This document shows, in pieces, positions 53,390 through 64,000 of a DNA stretch of 64,000 bases. The position numbers and the translations under genes were made by a program. Numbering within the stretch: position 1 is the stretch's first letter; the number at the start of each line of letters is the position of its first letter. The notes beneath the pieces are model-generated. The model ran no database searches and had not been told where the DNA came from. It was given only the letters and a program-made list of their open reading frames with translations. This DNA comes from the human T2T-CHM13v2.0 reference genome, Homo sapiens. The stretch is from assembly GCF_009914755.1 (NCBI RefSeq), contig NC_060927.1; one strand, written 5' to 3'.

Positions 53390-56157
53390 ATATAAAGAAA
53401 TAGAAAATAGGAATAGACTTATAACTAGTAACTAGATTGGATCAGTAATCAGAACTTTCCTTAGAAAGAGCCCTGGATCAGATAGCTTCAGTGAATTTTA
53501 TGAAATATCTCAAGAACAATTAACAACAACCCTTCTCATACCCTTCTAAAAAAACTGAAGAGGAGGGAATACTTTCTAATTCATTTTATGAATTACACTG
53601 GTACCAAAGCCAGATGAGGACACCAAACAAACAAGAACAACCACAGACCAATATCTCTTATAAATATCGATGGAGACATCTTCAGCAAAATATTAACAAA
53701 CCAAATTCAGCAGAATTTCTTCTTAACATAATAAATGTTATACATGAGAAAAGCCCACAGCTAATAACATACACCATGGTGAAGGACTGACAGCTTTTAC
53801 TCTACTACCAAGAATAATACAAGAATGTCTGCTTTCTTCATTTCTATATAATCTAGTATTGGAAGGTCTAGCCAGACCAATTAAACAAGGAAAAGAAATA
53901 AAAGACATCCAAATTGGACAGGAAGAAGTAAAATTATCTATGCTGACAGGTGATGTAACCATATATATATATACTTATATATATATATGTATATATATAT
54001 ATATGAACTGGAACGTTTGCACATTGTTGGTGGGATTTTAAAGTGGTGAAACTGCTGTGAAAAATCATATGGTGTTTTTTCCAAAGATTAAGCCTGGAAT
54101 TACCGTATGATTCAGCAATTTCACTTCTACGTAAACATCCAAAATAATTTAAAGCAAGGTCTCCAACAAATGTTTGTATACCCATGTTTATAGCATGTAT
54201 ATATATATATATATATATATATAGCCCTAATAATTTCACAAAAAAAACCTACTGAAACTAACACATAAATTCAGCAAAGTTGCAGGATATTAAGTGAATA
54301 CATAAACATCAGGTGTATTTCTATACATTAACAATAAACAATTCATAAAGGAGATTAAGAAAACAATTACATTTACAATAGCATCAAAAAGAATAAAACT
54401 CAGGAATGTACTTAGACAAGAAGGTAAACGATTGGTACATTGTGAACTACAAAATATTGCTGAAAGAATTTTTTTAAACCATGAATACATGGAAAGATGT
54501 TTTGTGTTCATAGACTGAAAAAATTAATATTGTTAAGATGCCAATACTACCCAAAGTGATCTACAAATCAGTGCAACCCCTTTCAAAATCCAAATTTAGT
54601 TTTGCTGAAATAGAAAAAACGCTATCCTAAAATTCATATGGAATCTCATATAAATTTAAATAATCAAATACAATCTTAGGAATAAAAAAGAACATTTGGA
54701 AGACTCTCATGCCTTAATTCTAAAACTTACTTTAAATCTGCAAAATCAAAACAATGTAGTATTTGCATAAAGATAAACATAGACCAACAGAATAGAATAG
54801 AAAGCCAAGAAATAAACTCTTATATATATGGTCAAATGATCTTTCAAGACAATTCAAAGGGGAAAACATAGCGTTGTCAAAAAATGGTTCTGGGGGACCT
54901 GGATTTCCATGTGGAAAATAATGAAGTTGAACACTTACCTTATACTATATAAAAAATTAACTCAAAATGGAGCAAAAACCTAAACAAGAGGTTTAACTCA
55001 AAACTATTAGAAGAATATATAAGGTAAAATCTTCATGATGATGGATTTGGCAATTGATTTATTGGATATGGGATCAAAAGCACAGGCAACAAAGAAGAGA
55101 CAAGAATAAGACAGACTTCATCAAAATGAAAAGCTTTTGTACCATCAGGCACAAAACCCATAATAATAATAAGAGTGAAAAGGCAACTCACGAAAAAAGA
55201 AAATATTTGTGTACAATAAATTTGAAAACAGATTAATATCTAGACTATATAAATAACTCCTAAAACTCAACAACCAAAAATAAAATAAACAACACAATTG
55301 AAAATAGGCAAAAGACTTAAACATAGATTTCTCCAAAGGAGATATACGAATGGCCAATAAACACATAAAAAGACACACATCACTAATTAATGTCACGAGT
55401 TATTAGGGAAATGCCAATCAAAAGCATAGTGAGATACTACTTAATACCGATTGGAATGGCTATTATACAAACAGAAAAATATGTTGGCAAGGATGTGGAA
55501 ATACTGGAATGTTTGCACATTGTTGGTGGGATTTTAAAGTGGTGAAACTGCTGTGAAAAATCATATGGTGTTTTTTCCAAAGATTAAACCTGGAATTACA
55601 GTATGATTCAGCAATTTCACTTCTAGGTAAACATCCAAAATAATTTAAAGCAAGGTCTCCAACAAATGTTTGTATACCCATGTTTATAGCAGCATTTTTC
55701 ATAATACTCAAAAGATGGAAACAACCCAAATATCTACACATAAATGAATGGATAAACAAGAGATGGTAAGGACATACAATGGAATATTATTGAGCTTTTT
55801 AAAAGAATTAAATTCTAATACATCCTACAACATGAGTGAACCTTTCAAATGTTATTTTAAGAAAAATATGCCAAACATAAAAAGACAAATGTTTATTATT
55901 CCACTTATATAAGATGTATAGAATAATCAAATTCATAGAAACAGAAAATCGCATAGTGTTTACCAGGGATTGTAGGGAGATAAGTTACTGTTTAATGGGA
56001 AGAATTACAATTTGGAATGATGTAAAAGTTTTGAGATTCATGGGGTCATAGTTGCACAATAATGTGAATATATTTAATGCTACTTAATTGTACACATAAA
56101 AATTGTATCTTAGTAAATTTGGTTATGTGTATTTAGCAAAACTTTTTGAGAAAAAAA
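53390..56157 (+). mobile_element. L1MB-like element (ORF2 RT region to 3'UTR)
   Basis: Decayed ORF2 (LARPIKQGKEIKDIQIGQEEVKLS) and an L1MB-type 3'UTR (GATGTAAAAGTTTTGAGAT...GTTGCACAATAATGTGAAT). Confidence 0.88.
54007..54195 (+). repeat. 189-bp displaced copy of 55503-55691 embedded in (TA)n
   Basis: Direct comparison shows 4 substitutions and no indels. (TA)n on both sides (53961-54004, 54198-54223). Confidence 0.95.
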
Positions 56158-56212
56158 TGGGGAAAATAGTCTAATGTTTATCTGCAGTTTTAATAAAGGA
56201 AGCAGAAACTTT

Positions 56213-56426
56213 GCTAATATTTGTTGAGATACCTAGACACTGCCTGTGTTATTATATAACTTTTTTCATATAATTCCCATAATAATCTATACCACATATT
56301 TTGACTACTTTTTTAGAGTAAGATGATGTTATGACTCACACTTTGACCCACAGTTACATTTTATGTAATTAGCAAATTCAAGATTTAATAAAATGTTTCT
56401 CTGTCTCCAACATTCATGTTCATTTT
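56213..56426 (-). mobile_element. MIR SINE
   Basis: GCTAATATTTGTTGAG start and a degenerate antisense MIR body. Confidence 0.55.
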
Positions 56427-59400
56427 AAGCACACTTTGTCAAATTTAAAGGGATATACATTTTCCCACATTCAAACATTAAAAGAGTTTTCTTTAAATAA
56501 ACTCTGTTCCTTTTACAGATAAAAGGGTTATGGTCATAATAAATTAGTTATTATGACCCACTTAATTGTCACAAGCAAAGAGATGATCACAGTTTATTTA
56601 TGTTTTCAGTTTTATGTTTATTACATGTACTAAGTAATTTTACAAAAGTTTACAAAATTTCTCAATTACTAAACTAAAATAAAATCAACATACTTTATTT
56701 TAATTGCATGCATTCATAGGTCATTGTTATTGTAACAGATATAAGAATACTATAGGTAATACAAGTTATTTAATTTAGCACTTTGTGTCTCCTAGAAGCA
56801 TAAACAATACCAAGCTTAGAAAGTTAGAGAGGAAAGCATTTTTGATTAATGTATTATTTCTATAAATGGGTACTCTCAGTTAACCAACTGAATACATAAA
56901 CGGTGATTGAGCAAAGACTCATCACTTTTAATTCGTAAATATATCACAAATTATAATCTACTGGCAAATACATATTTAATAAATGTTGATTAACATGGAT
57001 TTCTAAGTGGAGATGTTAGAGCATAGTCCACATATAAAGCTATCGAGACCTTTATATTTTCATTGTAAATTACTTTCTAGTAAATTTACTTAGTATGAAC
57101 AACCTGTTTCCTTAGAAGGTCATGTCAAAATAGGATATCAGGGAAGAGTGGAAATTTCTTAAAAAGTAACCTAGAAGCTGACATTTAAGAAGTATTTTCT
57201 TTAGGAAATGATGTTTTATGTCTCTACCAGGACCTTTGATTTTCAAATGTGTATGATCCAATATTGCTCTCAAATTGGCAAGTGGATCAGACAGATATTT
57301 GCTTCACATTTTTATTTTTCATCCAAGGGATTAAGTAATACATAAGGATTATGGTTCCTTTTGAAAATAAGTAAAAATAATCTCTATAACAAGTTTCTCA
57401 ATGTTCCATACTTTTATTTGTTACTTTTTGTTTTCAAGTGTACTTTGAACATAACTAAATATGCATTCTCACATAACAGCTGCTGAAAAAAGTTTTATAA
57501 CAATGTAAGATCAATATTAATTAATTATATTCATCAAAACCACCATCAAGCAACCAATAGATCAATAGAGCAAAATTGTCCTTCCCCTTAGTTTTAAACT
57601 ACAGTAAATAATAAAAACAAAATGAAAGCAGATCATTTCAATTACTCCCTCCAGAGCCGCAATAGTGCAATTCTTGTTTGGTTACCTCATCGTCCTGGAG
57701 ACTAGGTCTTCATTTAAATGCTAAATTAGTTATTTCTGGTTAGAAAATATTGAAATAATATTTCAATTGAAATAATATAGAAAAGTGAAAACAACAATCA
57801 AAAATTTCATTTAGATACAAAGCATAAGTTTAATGGATTAGATGACAAGAAACATATTTAGGTATCACAGACTATTTTTTCCTCCTTAGCAGAGTTTCTT
57901 TTAACAAAATACTGATATTATAAAGATTTATTACTAGATAAATTAGTACACAAACAAAATCTCTTCAGTAGACAACGGTTTTCTTTTTACAACTTAGGTC
58001 TTTTGACAATTCAAATATTGTTCAAATGTAGAACTGGTTCTTTATTTGAAATTTTGTAATAAAAGAAAGATGTCAAATGAATTTAGCGAGGAACAAAGGG
58101 ACATAAAGGAACAAAGCAGCTGGTAAATGCAAGGGCCGCAGAGTATCTTCCCTGGGAAGCAGAGAAGACAAAGTACATGAGAAGTAGAAGGCAATGAGGG
58201 ATACAGGCTGTGATAACGTAGCTCATTAGTGGCTAACAAGGAGGTCACCAGTAAATACAAAATAAATGAGATGGATGACACAATATGTAGGGTGGTAAGG
58301 AAAATAAAATCTTGCTTATATACTGATTGTATTATTCAACTGCTAAATTTTAAACTGCTACTTTAAAGTGTATGTTGTGATACTTGAGCAAATGTGAGCA
58401 GTTTAAAGTGGTGTTTGTATCAGGCACATCACAGAATGGCATCTCTGTGTCAAATAGTATATCACTCTATTCCTTGTAAGTATACTAACCCTCTTTTTCA
58501 ATTGCTGAAATAACTTTTTATAAAACCATAAATAAATATTGTCCCTTTTGTAAATACTATAGCTATTGCTACCAGAATGAGAGCACTAACAGCAGAGAAA
58601 TAAATTATGCTTCTTTTTTCAGTCTATATTCTTCTTAGATTGATATGTAAACTATGTAAACGTTTTTCCACAACTAAAGCTACTCAAAACATGCCTATTG
58701 TGTGCTTATATTTACATAAATTCATAAAGCATCAGATTGATTAAAAATGTTGTCATTGGTTGGTTGGTTCTAATCAAAGTCATTGCACATGCTACTAGCC
58801 TTGGGGACAGAAGCTGAAGTGCATTGGTGAACTCTTGGTGAGTCTTTCCTTCATTTTACACATTGCTAGAGTTGTTTTGAATCATTAATCTTACAACAAA
58901 GGCAATAGATGTGTGTTCAATATGTGATAGTTTTAAGAGTTTGATACCTTTGCTTAATACAAAGAAGTTAAGGGATCAGAATGTGTGATATATATCCAGG
59001 ATATGCCTAGTGATGTCTGTGCATCTCTGTCATTCCTGGTCAGAGGCAAATAATAAGACGTGGGGAAATTGCTGTAATCCTTTCTGAGGTTGCGATATGG
59101 CACATTTACAGGTCTGCATGAACAGTTGGATGCTTTCTCAGTTCATCATTCATGAGTTGTTTCACCAGACCTGTCAACAGTTATTCCTCTAAGGAGCAAT
59201 CATCCACATCTTGCAATCCTTGAGGGCTACAAAGTCATCTTGAACTAGCAGTTAGATTGACGCTGCTGACTTGAGCCTCAAAATGGCACTTGTTTTATAA
59301 CACAGCAGTTGCCAGACAAAAATAGGGTCCAGTAGTAATTGGGGAGCTCCAAATGTTTGGCATAGTAGTAGTCTCTAGCTTAAGCACTTGCCGTATGGCA

Positions 59401-61982
59401 TTTTTCCTGGATTTTTTGAATATTAATGCTTATCATGAAGCATAAAAGATATACATCTTAATGAGCAAAACTGAAAAACTATTCTAATATTCTTGAACTG
59501 ACAAGCTGGAGACTGAGCTGGGCTCCACACAGATGACATTTTTTTTTTTTAAATGGGAATATAATAGCCTCTGGAGATACTGATCAGGACAGATAGATGT
59601 TTCTTTAGGTCTACTTAGACACTAGAGATTTATGATATGAATCTATTAGAATATATTTCATCTGCTCCTTAAATCTGGAACAAAGAAGTGCCCTTGATTT
59701 GAAGAGGAAAGTTTTAAAAAGCACATCGATGTGAAATAGATGGTTTGGACATTTTGCTGACACTCAGGAAATTTTTGTTTGGAAAGAAGCATTCTTCTTG
59801 CTTCTAACTTGATAGCCAGACTTCGATCAAATGACATGGGATATTAACTCAGGAAATATAATTTGAATCTAAAATTTAATTTCAAAGCCCTCATGCACTC
59901 TCTTTTTTTCCTTTATGTAAGTGTATTATTAATTTTAACTAAAGTCTTTATTTTAATTCACACAAAGTAGATGAACTATCATCAGTTATTGATGGCACAG
60001 TAAAGAAAAACATTAAAATAGTTATGATTTTGTAACTACACCTTGGTAATTAAGTTCTGTCATTTTTACCAAAAAATACAAGTAGCTGTAATTGGCATCA
60101 GCAGTATTTTGCATTTGCTCATTCTAGAACAATTATGCACTATTTGAAACAAAAATATATGTAACAAATTTATAAATTACAACACATAATAAAAATAGAT
60201 ATTAATACAATCAAAATCATTACTGATTTCCCATTTCATTGCCATGCCTCATTGTAGTTGAAACTAATCTGAAATTTTTTAAATTCAGAATTTTATTTGT
60301 ATTGCTTTATGTATGTATTTACTATACGTATGCATTCTTATACAATGTATTATTAATTTTACTTCTTTTGAGCTTTAAAAGTATTTTCATACTTTATGTA
60401 GTTTTGATACTTTTATTTTATATTTAATTATTCAACATTCTTAAGTTTCATCCATGTTATTGCTATGACTTTTTTTTACTTAATGCCAATATCTTACAAT
60501 GTGTTATGTTTATTTGTGTTTTCCAATACTTTGGGCTTTTTTCCAATTTTTTGCTAATGCAAATGATGCTGCTGTAAATATTCTGGTAGGTGTTTTCTAG
60601 TGCAAATTTGCATAAATTTATCTAATCCTATAAGTGCAGTTGCTAGCTTAAGAATTTACATGTATGACTTTATAAAACAATGACATTTGTTTCTTAAGTA
60701 ATTTATCCAACTAGCAGTATACATAGTTTTCTATTTCCATCGTGTGTGGAATTGTTAAATATTGGCAGTCTTATGAATAGAAACTCTTCATTATACTCTT
60801 ACTTTGCATATACCTAATTAGTAATGCAGTGTCAGCATTTATTCTTTTGGTTTTCTTGTTTAGTTCTTGTTTAGAGACATTCTATAAAACATAATGTTTT
60901 GTATATTGAAAAATATACTGGATAATAATACCTTTTCAACTATATGTGCTGCAAATATCTTCTCCAAGTTTTTGTTTTCCTTTTTCACACTTTAAAGAGT
61001 TTTTTGGTGAACATATGTTTAAATTTTAATATGGTTCAATTAGTAAATACTTAATGTTGTGGGATATTATTTTTACCCCAAAGCCAATAAGAAATTCTTT
61101 TATCTCATCTTTTAAAGGTTTTATTATTATTATTACTATTATTATTATTTGAAGTAGATTGCTGTGGAACTTGTGAGCTAGGGACCCAATTTTATTTTCT
61201 TTTTTTTCTTGTTTCGTGTTTTTCTTTTTAATGTCTAATCAATTGTCTCAGTGTCACTAATTAAACAGTCTCTTTTTCAACAATCATTTATTAATGATTG
61301 CAGTGATTCTTCTATAATATGTTAAATGACCTTTAATTCATGGAGTTATTGATTTATTTTGGAGCTGTTTTGTCTGTTCCTAATCTAACACAATATTAAT
61401 TTAAATATTTTCGTCTTTTAAAACATCCTGATAGTTGATAAAAGAAGATGCCTTAAACTTGCTTCTCTTCCTCGGGGGTCTCTTGGCTGATCCTGCGCCT
61501 TGCAATTCCAAAAAGTTTTACAAACATCTGCTGAAAATGTGTGAGTAATTTCATTGAACCTATAGTAAATTTGGAGAGACGTGACTTCATAGGCCCTTGC
61601 CATCCACAAACACTATATATTTTTATTTGTGTCTTCTTAAATGTCTTACAATCAATTTTAAATTTTTGCAATCATACATTACTATAATTTAGGTTATCCA
61701 GAGATGACATTGTAACTACCATGGTGAGTGATGTCCAATATTTTTCTTTAGAATTCATTTTCCAAGTATTATTTTAGTTCTCCAGAAATGCAATCAATAT
61801 TTTTACATTACTATTACATTTAGCAACTTTCTTAATATCTGTTTTTATGCCAATAATTTTAATGAATATTATTTCAGATTTTCTTTGCAACCATATAATC
61901 TCTGCATAATGAGGATTTTATTTCTTTTATTTTAATCCATATAAACTTTATTTATTTCTCATGTCTTACTGTATTGGATATG

Positions 61983-62164
61983 TCTACAAAGAATTTCAAA
62001 AAATAACCCAGGCACAGTGGTGGATTCCTGTAATCCTGGCTATCTGGGAGACTGGGGCAGGAGGATCACTTGAGACTAGGGTTTGGAGGCTGCAGTGAGC
62101 TATGATAGTGCCACTGCACTCCAGCCTGGGTGGGAGAGTGAGGCCCTGTCTCTATTTTTAAAAA
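61983..62164 (+). mobile_element. 5'-truncated AluJ / FRAM-like right monomer
   Basis: GGAGGATCACTTGAG...GGCTGCAGTGAGCTATGAT AluJ-type diagnostics. Confidence 0.85.
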
Positions 62165-62730
62165 CTGAATTAAGAATTAAATAAACCTGCATTTATTAAA
62201 TTAATTATTTCTTTGGTCTCTTAATATGATAATGTACTTCCTTTTTTAAAAAAATTTAGTTAGGAAGCACCGTTGCAATTCTGTAATAAACCAAGCATAG
62301 ACAAGATGTAGTACATTTTCATGCACTGCTGGATTCAGTTAACTAAAATTTTGTTTGGAATTTTTGCATCTATATTTAGAAGAAGAATTGATCTTTAGTT
62401 TACCCTTCTCATTATATCCTTTTCTGGCATTGATAACAAGGTTACACTAACTTCACATAATGACTTGCATCATATTCCTTCATTTTAGTTATTTAGTAAA
62501 ATTTATGTAAGACTTAAATAAGGTTATAATTTGTTGAGAAAACATTTTGGTCCAAGAATTCACTTTTTTGAATATTTTAAAAAACTGATTCAGTCGGTTT
62601 GTTTTCAGGAATATTTGAGCTTCATTTTTTTAAATTGTGATATCATTGAATTTCTAAGAATTTCCATTTTTTTAAAATAGCAGAAGAACTGTTTTCACTT
62701 TGTTTATCAAGGAAGGCCTGAAACACACAC

Positions 62731-62913
62731 ACACACATATACTTATTTAAAAATTTCTCTTTCTTTTTGATCTATTCAATATTAATATTTAGAAGACAAT
62801 TTCTAAGTGTATGCATTTACACATATATATAATTATTTAAAAATTTCTATAGACTTTTTGATCTATTAAATATTAATATTTAGAAGACACAAATTCTAAG
62901 TATATGCATTTAC
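62731..62913. repeat. ~90-bp tandem duplication (2 copies)
   Basis: 62731-62820 and 62821-62913 share TTATTTAAAAATTTCT...CTTTTTGATCTATT.AATATTAATATTTAGAAGACA...TTCTAAGT.TATGCATTTAC. Confidence 0.9.
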
Positions 62914-63327
62914 ATTATTGATAAATTTAATTACTACATAATTCATTTAAATTTTATTCATGATCTAATTGACACAGACTTTTTGAAATTTTGTTAATAT
63001 CTATCGCATCCATGACCTAGTATTTGAACAACTTTGTGAGTGTACTTTATTCTTGAGGAAACACATTTTTCGAGAGTTTCAGAGTGCTACATATATATAT
63101 ATCTTTTAATCTAGCATGATAATTATTATATACAAATATATATAACTACCATGCTAGATAATTATATATATATAATACTGTATATATAGTATTATATACA
63201 TACTAATATTTTTGTGATTTTAGCTTCTCAATGTTTGAAAGAGGAAAGTTGAAATCTTTCACTATGGTAGCGGTTTTGTTTTTCCCTGCAGCTCTATCAA
63301 CTTTTGCTTTATATATTTTGAGATTAT

Positions 63328-63795
63328 TTAAGCAGAGGCTGCTGGTTGTACCCCCTTGCCCAGCCTGTTCTCTACTTCAATATTATAGGAGCTGTACAGA
63401 TTACCATTGCCAGCCTCCTTTGCACCTATACATGATGTTATCACTAAGATACAGCTAATGGCTAATGGAATATAAGTAGTGTAATATGGTATCTTCTGAA
63501 AGTTGTTAAAAGATACTTGGCAGAGACCTTTTGTCTTCTTTATGGTCCCTTCTAGTTTACAGCATAGGACACGAAATTCTACCTTCTTGGACCATGATGA
63601 TGAAAGCTATACCTAAGTGTGACCAACAAATGAGGTAGAAGAAGTCTAATCCCTGAGGAATTGAGGCGCAAAATTCTCTCACCAGCACTGGATAGTCCTA
63701 GCTGTTCTACTTTAGATAAATAAGAGGAAAATAAACTACTTAGCCATTACTATTTCAATTTTAGAACACATGGCTTTACCTAATCCTAACACTGC
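63328..63795 (+). mobile_element. MLT1J-like LTR
   Basis: GCAGAGGCTGCTGG start, CCAGCCTCCTTTGCA, TCTTGGACCATGA, AATAAAC, CCTAATCCTAAC end. Confidence 0.65.
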
Positions 63796-64000
63796 TATTT
63801 TAATAGCTGTAAACAAATATAGAACTGCCATAGGGTTCCATTTAATTGAACATTTATCATTATGTAGTGACCTGCACCTCACCTTCCTTTGTATGTATTT
63901 GTCCTAAAGTCTTATTTTCTGATATTAATATATCCACTTGGGTTTCTTGTTCTAATCTGTATTTAAACAATTTTTATGGTCTCTATGTTTTCTGTATACT

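Larger units (their letters stand above)
60430..64000 (-). mobile_element. Old L1M (L1ME/MC-like), fragmented, hosting an Alu and an MLT1
   Basis: TTCATCCATGTTATTGC, TTTGCTAATGCAAATGATGCTGCTGTAAATATTCT, TGCTGCAAATATCTTCTCC and CTGCTGGATTCAGTT are antisense L1 motifs. Confidence 0.75.

Noticed and set aside
53934-55759. Two near-identical minus-strand ORFs as a duplicated gene
   Set aside because: Antisense L1 reading frames duplicated by the 189-bp templated insertion.

Overview
AT-rich primate (human-like) genomic DNA, intronic or intergenic, dominated by interspersed repeats. No intact protein-coding gene, tRNA, rRNA or CRISPR array can be supported, and the ORF track is explained by Alu/L1/LTR sequence or chance. 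Main features are a full-length, TSD-flanked L1PA16-like element (13045-20644) carrying a nested twin-primed L1PA7-like insertion and an AluY; a decayed piggyBac (Looper-like) transposon with a readable transposase motif; many solo LTRs (ERV1, ERVL, MLT2A1, THE1, MLT1); and L2, L3, MIR, Tigger and Alu copies. The most unusual structures are a 189-bp, 98%-identical templated copy inserted into a (TA)n tract from 1.5 kb downstream, three Alus stacked at one target site, several fold-back hairpins, a head-to-head THE1D pair, a perfect DUX4 motif in an MLT2A1 LTR, and some minus-strand exon-like signals. I found no convincing new biological system. Repeat subfamily names come from recalled consensus features and need RepeatMasker/Dfam confirmation. 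Boundaries of old repeats are approximate.
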